NCBI RefSeq assembly: GCF_001194135.2
Contig: NC_069008.1
Coordinates: 7,841,119 to 7,875,161 of the forward strand
Reading direction: 5' to 3'
DNA from: Octopus bimaculoides
Lineage: Eukaryota
DNA: 34,043 nucleotides
In this document: positions 1-10,317 of the stretch, one piece after another
How positions within the stretch are numbered: the first letter of the stretch is position 1
Layout of the letters: each line of letters starts with the position of its first letter
Position numbers and translations under genes: made by a program
The notes under the pieces: model-generated
What the model saw: only the letters and a program-made list of their open reading frames with translations
Database searches by the model: none
Told to the model about the DNA's origin: nothing

Positions 1-70
1 AAACTGTCGTAGCATCATTATATGAGTATATAATCAATTATATATTCATATAATGATGCAACGACAGTTT
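1..70. repeat. Near-perfect palindrome, probably continuing off the window edge
   Basis: aaactgtcgtagcatcattatatga... / ...tcatataatgatgcaacgacagttt. Confidence 0.85.
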
Positions 71-130
71 GTGTATAAAGCTTGAAACACGTGTACCGCG
101 GAATCCTTTGTATTCCGTTTTCATTTTATG

Positions 131-161
<31 letters not shown>

Positions 162-172
162 GTTTTTTTTCA

Positions 173-345
173 TTCTTTATTAGTTTCAGTCATTTGACTG
201 CACAACAGTTAAGAATTTCAGTCAAGCAATTTTACCCTGGGACTTATACTTTGTAAGTCTAGTACTTATTCTATCAGTCTCTTTTGCCGAACTGCTAATT
301 TATGGAGACGTAAACACACCAACATCGGTTGTCAAGTGGTGATGT
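173..345. mobile_element. Interspersed repeat family B (SINE-associated); further copies at ~5535-5630, 9105-9260, 17460-17512, 18270-18450, 28830-29010, 29212-29400
   Basis: Recurrent ttcttttacttgtttcagtcatttgactg.ggccatgctggagcacc...gacttattc...ttgtcaag. Confidence 0.8.
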
Positions 346-395
346 GGAGAGACAAACACAGACACACACACACATATAAATATATATACATATAT

Positions 396-557
396 GACAG
401 GCTTCTTTCAGTTTCTGTCTACCAAATCCACTCACAAGGCTTTGGTCAGCCCGAGGCTATATTAGATGACACTTGCCCAAAATATCATGCAGTGGGACTG
501 ACCCTGGAATCATGTGGTTGGGAAGCAAGCTTCTTACCACACAGCCACGCTTGCACC
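396..557 (-). mobile_element. tRNA-type SINE family A
   Basis: gcgtggctgtgtggtaagaagcttgcttcccaaccacatg... consensus with a B-box-like ggttcagtccc in other copies; more than 10 copies in the window. Confidence 0.8.
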
Positions 558-563
558 TATATA

Positions 564-3370
564 ATCATCATCATTTAAAGTCCGCTTTCCATATTGGTAT
601 GGATTGGACAGTTTGTCTGAGGTCTGGAGAGCCAGTGGCTACACCAGGCTCCAATCTGATCTGGCAATGTTTCTACAGCTGGATGCCCTTCCTAACGCCA
701 ACCACTCTAAGAATGTAGTGGGTGCTTTTCACATGCCACCAGTACAGGAGCTAGTCAGCTGGGTCTGGCATCAATCACATTCGGATAATGATTTTTACGT
801 GCCAGTTAGGGGGTACTAGCATTAGCCACGTTCGGATGGTGCTTTTTATGTCCCACCAGTACAGGGGTCAGTCAGGCGATCCTAGGGGTGATCATATTTG
901 GATAGTACTTTTTATTTGCCACCGGATGGTGCCTTTTATGTGTCACTGGTATGGGAGCCAGTCAGAGGGCACTGGCCAGAGCTATGATATTGGTTTTACT
1001 TGACTCAACAGGTCTTCTTAAGCATATCATATTGCTCTTAACAGGGCCAGACATGAATGGCTGCAATCTCACTTTAGTTACCAGGTCTTCTCAATCACAG
1101 CATATCTCAGAAGGTCTTGGTCTCCTGTCATTGCCTCTGTGAGGCCCAATGTTCAAAGCTCATGCTTCACCCCTCATCCCATGTCTTTCTGGGTCTACCT
1201 CTTCCACAATTAGGGAGTGGCACTTCCTCACACCGCTGTCCTCATCCATATGTAACACGTGACCACACCAGCGCAGTCGTCTCACTTGCACACCACATTT
1301 GATGCTTCTTATTCTCAACTTTTCTCTCAGGGCGCTTACACTCTGTCGTGTATGCACACTGACATTACACATACAGGGATCATACTAGCTTCATTTCTTT
1401 CAAGCCTATGCATGTCCTCAGCAGTCATAGCCCATGTTCCGCTGCCGTGTAGCATGGCTATTTACATATATGCATCATACAGTCTACCTTTCATCCTGAG
1501 CGAGAGGTCCTTAGTTGCCAGCAGAGGTAGGAGCTCCCTGAACTTTGCCTAGGTTATTCTTATTCTGGCCGCTACACTCTCAGAGCAACCAGCCCCACTA
1601 CAGACTTGGTCACCTAGGTAGCAGAAGCTATTAACTACTTCTTGTTTCTTCCCCTAGCATGTGATGGAATCTGTTTTTTGAGCATCTGTGTTGTTTATTG
1701 CCCTTGTGCACCTGTCACACACAAAAACTATCTTCCAAGTTAACCTTCCTTTGATATTGCTGCACCTTTTATGTGTCCATAGCTTACACCAGGTACATCA
1801 TATGGAGTTTCCACCCACACGTTTTCTACAGATCAAGCAGGGCCATCTACCTGAAAGGGCTTGTGTTTTATCTACCTTCCTACTTACTAAGACTTTGGTT
1901 TTTGCTAGGTTAACCCCAAGGCCCTTTGATTCTAGACCTTGCTTCCACACTCTAAACTTTGTCTCTAGTTCTAGCAGTGACTTGGCTATTAGAACAAGGT
2001 CATCAGCATAGAGGAGCTCCCAGGGGCAGCTTGTCTTGAATTCCTCTGTTATTGCCTGGAGGACTATGATGAACAAAAGGGGACTGAGGACTGATCCTTG
2101 GTGAACCCCTACTTCTACCCAGAATTCTTCAATATACTCATTGCCAACTCTCACCTTTCTGACAGCATCCCTGAACAGGGTTTGTACAGCTCTTACCAAC
2201 CACTCGTCTATCCCTAGTTTCTGCATTGACCACCAGATAAGGGATCGGGGGACCCTGACAAAGGCTTTCTCCATGGCAACAAAAACCAAATACAGAGGTT
2301 TATCTTCGGCTAGATATTTCTCCTACAGTTGCCTTACCAGAAATATAGCATCAGTGGTGCTTCTGCTTGACACAAAACTGAACTGCATCTCACTTAGGCT
2401 AACTCTCTCCCCAATTTGTTGGGCTTTGACCCTCTCTGTAACTTTCATCATCTGATCCAATAACTTGATACCCCTGTAGTTATTTCTATCTAAAGCATCA
2501 CCTTTTCCCTTGTAGCAGTTGACTATGGTGCTGCTACACCAGTCATTGGATATGACTCTTTCATGAACTACCTGACTTACGATGCAGGTAACAAGACCTT
2601 AACCTACACCACCCAATATTTTAAACATCTCGGCGGTGATTCCTGATGGGCCAGCTACTTTCCCTGTCTTCATATCTTTAATTGCTTTATCTACCAGGGT
2701 ACTGTTGATTTAGGTAGCTGGTCTCTCAATTGGGTCAACATTTGGCAGACTCTCCTCCTCCCATTCATTCTCCACATTCAGCAGTCTTCCATAATGGCAT
2801 CTCCAAGCCTCTTTCTTTGCAGAATCATTAAACACAAGGGCACCACCATCCATGTGGACACATTTCTCTCCTATGACATCACAATTTTCTCTCATATAAT
2901 GTCTTGCAATCCGAAATACTTCAGTACTTTGGTCCTCATGTCACTGAACATTGGCAAACTTCTTTTCTGCTACTCCCTTGGCTATATATACCTGTCTCCT
3001 AGCTTCCCTTCTGGCTATTTGATACATTCTCCTGCTATCCCCACTCTTCCAAGCCTGTTTCTTTACTCTAATGGCCCTGTCTACAGTATTGTTCCACCAG
3101 CATGTTACCCTAGGTCTGGAAGGGACTTTGCACCAGCAACAGATTTGGTCTGTGGCACTCAGCAAGCTGTCTCTCAGGAATTCTCAGCTGCCTTCTGTCA
3201 CAAGTCTGTAGCTCATCCCTATCATCAAATTTCTCGATAAGGATATCCCTAAATCTCTGACCATGTGAAGGGTTCCTAACCTTCCAAGTCCTTCTTTTTC
3301 AGATTGGTCTGCTTTTTGACATCCTTCTGGCCTCGAGCTTAACTGTGCATATTTGTGAGTGTCATCAAAT
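564..3370 (-). mobile_element. 5'-truncated, decayed RTE-clade LINE
   Basis: RT motifs GVHQGSVLSPLLF and ELLYADDLVL (ORF 1798-2289); upstream WWNNTVDRAIRVKK and C-terminal RRLRWCGHVLHMDE motifs. 3' end reads ...ggaaagcggactttaaatgatgatga. Stops and frameshifts throughout. Confidence 0.93.
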
Positions 3371-3399
3371 GGCCATCATCATCATCATAATTATTTAAC

Positions 3400-3640
3400 A
3401 TCAGAAGAGTGTGAAATTGCTTCACCCATTTCCAAAGATCATCTTGGTGTCAACAGCAGAGATGAACCTGACATCCGTAGACCATAAACAGCACTCAAGG
3501 CATCAGAGAAACATTTAAAGTTGTTGCTGTCTGAATTTAAATCGAATCCCATCAGCCATTTCACTTGTTGAGGAGTTCAACAAGAAGGTGTCCTCCTTGA
3601 TTTTTGATGAGCTGATGATGTTGTACACCCTGAGAAGACA
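3400..3640 (-). mobile_element. Fragment of a second RTE (RTE-1/BovB-like) LINE, linker between endonuclease and RT
   Basis: Broken frames give FSDALSAVYGLRMSGSSLLL and WKWVKQFHTLL, resembling the RTE motifs FYDALKAVYGP..SGSSPLL and RWAEHF..LLN. Confidence 0.65.
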
Positions 3641-3755
3641 GCACTTCAGTTCATTCATCAACTTACATACACAGACAGACGTAGATATATATTTTAACAC
3701 AGACACCTATACATACACACCTGTACATGATGTGTCTGTATCAGATGACACTTAC

Positions 3756-3826
3756 CGTAAAGCATTCATTAGTCCTTCCACTTTGTCATTCTGTTGGTCC
3801 CTTAGAAGTTTTATACAACTCTTTAC
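3756..3826 (-). CDS. CYRI: CYRI/FAM49 penultimate coding exon
   Basis: Long poly-T tract plus tttcag acceptor, donor gtaagt; 71 nt. Translates VKSCIKLLRDQQNDKVEGLMNAL(R), cf. [24 protein letters not shown]. Confidence 0.95.
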
Positions 3827-3894
3827 CTGAAATCAGAAAAAAGAAAAAAAAGAAAAAAAATTATATCTTTTTGCACAGTTGTGAGGTAAGAATA

Positions 3895-4060
3895 GGTGCA
3901 GGCATAGCTGTGTGATAAGATGCTTCTTTCCTAACCACATAGTTCTGGGTTCAGTCCCATGGTGTGGCACCTTGGGCAAGTGTCTTTTACTAAAGCCTCA
4001 GGCAGACCAAAGCCTTGTAAATGAATTTGGTAGATGGAAACCGAAAGAACTCCATTGTCT
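3895..4060 (+). mobile_element. SINE family A
   Basis: Homologous to 396-557. Confidence 0.8.
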
Positions 4061-4070
4061 ATATATATAT

Positions 4071-4074
<4 letters not shown>

Positions 4075-4157
<83 letters not shown>

Positions 4158-4158
4158 T
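4075..4158. repeat. (AG)n microsatellite; similar tracts at ~15236-15300 and 22907-22963
   Basis: Direct reading. Confidence 0.95.
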
Positions 4159-4738
4159 AGCACTCAATTTTAAAAGAATATTCAACAATTAGACACTAGT
4201 AAACGTAAGTAGAATATATATCCATAGTAAATCCTCATGTATGACAAGTAAATGCAAATATCATTTGGAAGAATTTCAAGAAATTCAGAATATTTGACAA
4301 ACAAAAAATATGTATAAAGAAAATCACATCTTATAAAGCCTCACCTTGTAAAGCCAACAATTGCTTCTATTATATTAACACACACACACACACACACACA
4401 TATAGAAAATATCATTAAGATTAATATAAATATTTCCTAAAATATATGTTAACACAACGTTGTGAAGGGAATCCAAAATCAGAGAAATTCGAATTGAACA
4501 TATGAAATATTACCAGTACACAAATATCTGCAAAAAGAACACTTAGAAGGAATTCATTCTAAGACATTGCTGTATTCAACTAATGGTGACATCAGTGAAT
4601 AACAAAAAAATAATAAAAATAAAAAATAAACATAAGAATTCTACGTCATGATAATTAGAAACAGAGATTTAGAAGAATTAACCTTATTACATGATATACA
4701 AAAAGCTATTATAATTTACAAAGTTGATGGATACTTAC

Positions 4739-4865
4739 ATCAATACCAGAATTTTTGGCAAATGCACCCACAGGATGTACATGGTCGTACAGAATTATTA
4801 CCCCAACCATCACCCGTAAACAAAATAGCTTCGTCTCTTCATTTTTGAACCTTGAGCAGTAGTTT
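4739..4865 (-). CDS. CYRI: CYRI/FAM49 internal coding exon
   Basis: Acceptor ttctcttactttcag, donor gtaagt; 127 nt, phase-compatible with the previous exon. Translates (P)[42 protein letters not shown], containing the near-invariant [22 protein letters not shown] motif. Confidence 0.97.
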
Positions 4866-5086
4866 CTGAAAGTAAGAGAATGGTAACCATGTAGTTTTGT
4901 TCATTTATGTAACAGTGAAGAGAATAGGTTTGGCCAGAGGTGAAATTATATTCACTGGTGGGAGTTATCATTGGAGTAAATTCCATCAAAGATTGGAAAT
5001 AAGGGAGAACACTTGTATGATAGGGACATTTGTTTACAATTATCATGTGATGTGAAGGCAAGGAGACACAAACAGACACACACAAT

Positions 5087-5215
5087 ATGCTTCTTTCAGT
5101 TTCCATCTACCAAGACTGGAAGTATACTAGAAGACATTTTCCCAAGAGCCGTGCAGTGGTACTGAAGCCAGAATTATGAGGTGGGGAAGTACACACAGCC
5201 ATGCCTGCACCTAAC
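5087..5215 (-). mobile_element. SINE family A, internally deleted
   Basis: Homologous to 396-557. Confidence 0.7.
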
Positions 5216-5654
5216 TTCAAATACCAGCCTTGTACACTCTGTATAATTTCTAAGTTTGACTGAGGATTATTTTGACAGTACAAGAGTCTGTAGAACACGC
5301 AGTTGTTTAGATACTACAAGAGACATAAATTACTTAGATGGACAGTTTGCAATATCCTCCAAGCATTTGAAGTAAAAAAAAAAGTCAACAAACACAACAT
5401 TGTTGGCCAAAATATTGTTGCAAAGTGCAAGCTTTGAAGTCATGGAAGATCAGAAATGACCTCCACCAACTAATAATGGCCATCTGACTGTCAGTGAAAC
5501 AAAGCCACATAAAATGAATTTTGCTATCTTTTTTCTTTTATTTTTTCAGTCATTAGACTGTGGCCATGCTAGAGCATTACCCTGAAGAATTTTTAGTTGA
5601 ATAAATTAATCCCACTACTTATTTTTCAAAATAAATATATACACACAATTGTTT

Positions 5655-5805
5655 TCTCTCTGTTTCCATCTACCAAATCCACTCACATGGCTTTGGATGG
5701 CCTGAAGCTATAGAAGACATTTGCCAAAGGTGCCATACAGTGAAACTGAACTCAGAACCATGTGGTTGGGCAGCAAGCTTCTTACCACACAGTCATGCCC
5801 ACGCC
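5655..5805 (-). mobile_element. SINE family A
   Basis: Homologous to 396-557. Confidence 0.8.
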
Positions 5806-5849
5806 CTTGAGAAATTTCAGAAGAAACTGAAATTTGTATCAGTAAAGCT

Positions 5850-6050
5850 AGTCAGGGCAGCTCAACAAATGGTTTTAATATGAGATGAATGAAAATCAAC
5901 AAAAAGAAGAGAGAATCAGCATTATGAAATCTGCTCTACACTTCTTTTGGGCAACAAAAATGGACTGTTTCTTGATCACATTGTGATGAGATGAAAAATG
6001 TTATTCTATAGAAGCAACAGCATTCAATACAGTGGCTGGAAAGTTGAAGT
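5850..6050 (+). mobile_element. Degenerate mariner transposase fragment
   Basis: Broken frames read ENQ..YEICSTLLLGNKNGLFLDHIVM..DEK...SIQWL, cf. mariner ENQK..RFEVSSSLILRN.NEPFLDRIVTCDEKW. Confidence 0.7.
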
Positions 6051-6259
6051 CACTGTAGGTCAACAAATACAATCATTCACAGCTCCTTGAATTCTGGTGA
6101 CACCATAACAGCAAAGAAGCATTGGTTGGATTATTTAACAGTTGCACCAAGTGATGCCAGCATTAGGATTCTTAAGAGGCTAAGCACTGCTCACTCATCT
6201 AGAAAAAGCTGACTGGCTAAGATCTGGTCTTATTACTAATATGATATATGTCATAAGGC

Positions 6260-6455
6260 ACAAGCTGGCAGAATTGGTAGCACACTGGGCAAAATGCTTA
6301 GTGGCATTTTGTCTGTCTCTATGTTCTGAGTTCAAATTCCGCTGGAGTTGACTTTGCCTTTCATCAATAAAATAAATACCAGTTGGACACTGAGGTCAAT
6401 GTAATTGACTTAGCACCTACCCAGGAATTGCCGCCTTGTGCCAAAATTGAAACCC
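6260..6455 (+). mobile_element. tRNA-type SINE family C; further copies at ~7648-7830 (+), 7858-8000 (+), 30960-31115 (-)
   Basis: gagctggcagaat.gttagcac...gagttcaaattccgc... with A/B-box-like motifs; four copies. Confidence 0.75.
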
Positions 6456-6499
6456 CTTATTATTATTATTATTATTATTATTATTGTTGTTATTGGGTG

Positions 6500-7020
6500 A
6501 GGGAGGAGTGCATACCATCAGAGTGACACTGGGGTAAACTATATGAAGCCCAATATACCCATCATGACTACCCATCTGTTAAGGTACACCAGGAACATGC
6601 ATCACAACCATATGTGCGCAATATGGTGATCTCGTATCAAGATAAACAGCGCATGACCTTACAGGTGGGGCACAGTTAGAATTTTCTTCTGGTTGAGTAA
6701 TCCATCCTGCTCAAATGGTCCTTGAATAAGGGTTGTTTAAGGATGTGAACAAAATACCCCTGTTTCCAGAGGTGAATTATTCGAATCCCAAAGAATTCCT
6801 CTCAACATATGGCTATGATGTTCCTTCACTACTTCTGCTCATGATCAGAGATGCACATATCATCAGCCACCAAATGACAAACTGGCAAGCAAATCTGTAG
6901 TATTGAGCAGTATATCTGCTGTAGCCCATCGTTTATACCAACACAAAACAATGTACATGATAACACTTCCAATCAACTAAAATCAGATGCTATGAGAGCC
7001 AGAGCCTGGTAAGGCACCAA
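6500..7020. repeat. Probable interspersed repeat bounded by (ATT)n tracts
   Basis: Non-coding ~0.5 kb block between two (ATT)n microsatellites; recognised as a common octopus repeat from memory only. Confidence 0.4.
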
Positions 7021-7039
7021 GGCAATTATTATTATTATT

Positions 7040-7620
7040 ATTATTATTATTATCATTTTACTTCTCAGAGCTCTTGATCTTACTTGCTCTGGTTGATTCT
7101 CTGAGAGCAGAAAGCAACCTGTTATCAAAGGTCTCACAGGGTTTTTTTCTGCAAATTATAAGCTTTGGTACTTGGATGGTAACTTATTGTGGAAGGCATA
7201 CAACACCCAAGCACTAATCTCAAAATCCTAGCTGTCCCTAATAGAACAGTTTTGGGGGGGGGGGGCTTGCTCTTCCCTCATGTAAACTCCAACTTCTCCA
7301 ACATATTTCTTGAACCTAGTTATTAGTACCTCAAGTGCCCTCTACTTTTCACAAAGTCTCCAGTGAACAAACTTAGTCATGTTATCGTGCCTCCTTTTGT
7401 AGGGCTTTTGAGCCAACCTGCTACACTCACTCACAATATGTGGAATTGTCCTGTTTTTGCTGCCACACATCCTATAAGGGGGTGATTCACTGCTCTTATC
7501 TATTTAGAGCTTGGTGTAATTAGTTCTTGGAGCTTGTTCTTGGGCATCCTTTCAGCTCACTTTCTCTTAGCCATCTCCAGATGTTGGTCTTGTCATTCCC
7601 TTCAATTTCTCATTATTATT
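7040..7620 (-). mobile_element. 3' fragment of an R4/Dong-like non-LTR retrotransposon
   Basis: Translates RMCGSKNRTIPHIVSECSRLAQKPYKRRHDNMTKF (CCHC knuckle and RHD motif) and VLLGTARILRLVL (typical C-terminus); abuts an (ATT)n tract at ~7025-7052. Confidence 0.75.
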
Positions 7621-8465
7621 GTCATCATCATAGGTACAAGAATAAGGCAAGTGAGCTGGCAGAATCATTAGCATGCCAGGCAAAATGCTTCATGGCTTAC
7701 TCTTTCTGCCGAGGTTCACTTTACCTTTCATCCTTCCAAGGTTGATAAATTAAGTACCAGTAAAGTACTGGAGTTGATGTGATCAACTTGCCCACTTCAC
7801 CACAAATTTTAGGCTTTATTGTAGGAAGGATTATTATTATAAATACAAGAGTAAAACAGTGAGCTGGCAGAATTGTTAGCACACAGGGCAAAATGCTTAG
7901 CAGCATTTTGTCTGTCTTTACATTCCGAGTTCAAATTCCGCCAAGGTTGATTTTGTCTTTCATCCTTTCCCCAAAATTGCTGGCCTTGTTCCATAAATTC
8001 AAATTGATATTATGATATATGCTTGTTTTCTTTTTCTATGTGGTTGTAAAGTTATAAAGGAGAAGCACCAAATGTGTTATCTGTCTCATAAAAATCTTTT
8101 TTTTTTTTTGCCAGAATGAACAAAGATATTCTATGAGCATTTCCTTTAGCATTTAAACTGGCCAAATCAGGCCCAAATATTCTACCAGTTTTATGCTCAA
8201 ATCAGCCAGATGCAGTCTCACACCTACCCTACAATGTCTATCTAAAAACAAATAATCACAACATCAAAATCTCAAGGCTATGAGATAATACACAATTTCT
8301 TTTAAGATATGTGGACAAATAAGTCTTACATTTCATAAATTAAACATTAAAGAAGTTAAATATTCCTATCTTTTATTTTTTAACTGCTCTTGAAAGATTT
8401 TGAGAGAGAGATAGATGGATGGATGGAAGCAGACAAAGAAGAGTATTAAATCAGAATTGACTTAC

Positions 8466-8545
8466 GGATTTTCTATCATCTCCCGGCAAATATTGGCCAT
8501 TGTACTGAGACAGTCAGTGGTGATCTCAACAGGAAGGTCTTTGTG
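8466..8545 (-). CDS. CYRI: CYRI/FAM49 (CYFIP-related Rac1 interactor) internal coding exon
   Basis: Acceptor ...ccatcaacag, donor gtaagt; 80 nt, phase 0 to 2. Translates [26 protein letters not shown](P), matching FAM49B [27 protein letters not shown] as recalled. Confidence 0.95.
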
Positions 8546-8569
8546 CTGTTGATGGAAATAGAGGAGGAC

Positions 8570-8780
8570 ATAGTGACAGTGGTAATGGCGGTGGTGATGG
8601 CAGAAGAATTGGTAGTAGTGGTATGGTGTAAAGATAGTGGTAGTTGTATGGTTGTTGTGGTTAAGATAGTGGTGACTGTGAATAAAGATGGTGGTGGTGG
8701 TGGTGGTGTTAGTTGTGGATAGAGGACAATGGTGGGAGTGTTGGCGGTGGGAGATAGTGATTGTGGTGGTGGTGTGGTTC
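8570..8780. repeat. (GGT/AGT)n low-complexity tract upstream of the CYRI exon acceptor
   Basis: Direct reading. Confidence 0.85.
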
Positions 8781-8937
8781 ACAGTTAGTCAGACAGTTGG
8801 TTACCTCTGATGACACACAGACATTGGTTACAATAACAAGAGCTATATCCATCAGATATCAACAACATCACAAAAACTAAATCACTACTCCCAAACTAAA
8901 TGGCTCCACTTTATGCAGCACTCCTATGGAGAATGTT

Positions 8938-9085
8938 GGCGTGGCTGTGTGGTAAGAAGCTTGCTTCTCAACCACATGGTTCCAGGTTCAGTCTCACTGC
9001 ATGGCACCTTGGGCAAGTGTCTTCTTCTATAGTCTCAGGTCAACCAAAGCCTTGTGAGTGGATTTGGTGGACAGAAACGGAAATT
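8938..9085 (+). mobile_element. SINE family A
   Basis: Homologous to 396-557. Confidence 0.8.
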
Positions 9086-10067
9086 CCATCATACTCACAC
9101 ATTTTATCTTTTACTTGTTTCAATCATTTGACTGTGGCCATGCTGGAGCACCCCCTTAAAGGGTTTTAATCAAAGAAATTGACCTCAAGACTTATTCTGT
9201 GTAAGCCCAGTACTTATTTTATCAATATCTTTTGCTGAACCACTAAGTTACGGGGACATAAAGTGATGGCGGGGGGGGGGGACAAATACAAGACACAAAG
9301 ACATACACACACATATATAAGTGTGTGGTCTGATCAGTAAGTATCCAGTATGTTGCTATAGTAATGAAGCTAAAGCACACAGAGTGAAGCCGCTTGGCAC
9401 AGATTAACCTTGAACTCTGCTGTGCATGTGAACTAAGTTTTAACATTGTAGCTCACTTTCGTTTACAACCATGTTTGGAAGGAAGATGTGTAGCGTATGA
9501 TCATCACATTGACCATGACGGAGAAAATTGCTCAAGAACACGATACACAACCAGCCTGGGAATTGAAACCATGATCTTATAATCATGAGTGCAACACCCT
9601 AACTACTGTTCCACGTCCATTCATACACTACATTCACACAAACTGCAAATTATGCAGAACTACACAGAAAACACACACAAATACTCACCACACATTGGAC
9701 AAAGATAACCAACTTCAAACTGTGTGAAATTTTGTGTTTCAGTTTTAAAAAGCTTAGAAAAATGACCAAAGAAGAAGAATAACGATTGTCTCATTGCTAT
9801 CAAGTGGGTTATCATAACAGATTCATTGTTAACAAATTGAGTTTTAAACTAAATTAAAGGACATAGCAAAAATCATCTCAGAAAAATTAAAATAGCATGA
9901 CATTGATTATGCTGCTGAAAATAGATAAAATAAAATAATGTTTTGCATACATCAATACATGTAATGAGTGCATGTATGTATACATACATTATATATACAC
10001 ACATACACACATGTAAATATCGAACAATGATAATGAGTGCTCAACACCAGATTGGTGGATAAAGATT

Positions 10068-10254
10068 CTTTATTTGTGTATTAAGGCTACCATTGGTTTC
10101 ATGTTAAGGAATACTTCAACAATTATAAAGCCTATCACAAGGAACATTTTAATCCAAAATGGAGACGAACACTAATGTTCCATATGATAGATTTGATAAT
10201 TGCTGAGATATTCCTTAACATGAAACCAATGGTAGCCTCAATACAGAAATAAAG
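10068..10254. repeat. Fold-back element with ~80-bp arms; second, partly deleted copy at ~13510-13695
   Basis: ctttattt...ggaacatt / aatgttcc...aaataaag. Both copies share the same left leader (atcgaacaatga.aatg.gtgctcaa). Confidence 0.88.
10185..10240 (+). ncRNA. Hammerhead-like motif with U3-A8 core variant
   Basis: UUGAUAA 10193-10199, U, stem II ugcugag/cuuaaca, U, GAAA 10222-10225, stem III ACC/GGU, GUA 10232-10234. Confidence 0.55.
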
Positions 10255-10317
10255 TTTACATATAAACACACACAAACAATATATATTACAAAAAAAGGAA
10301 TAATATGTGAGTATATA

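Noticed and set aside
9689-9925. Minus-strand gtgagt donor with a tttcag acceptor about 235 nt upstream
   Set aside because: AT-rich interval with no CYRI similarity; likely a pseudo-exon.
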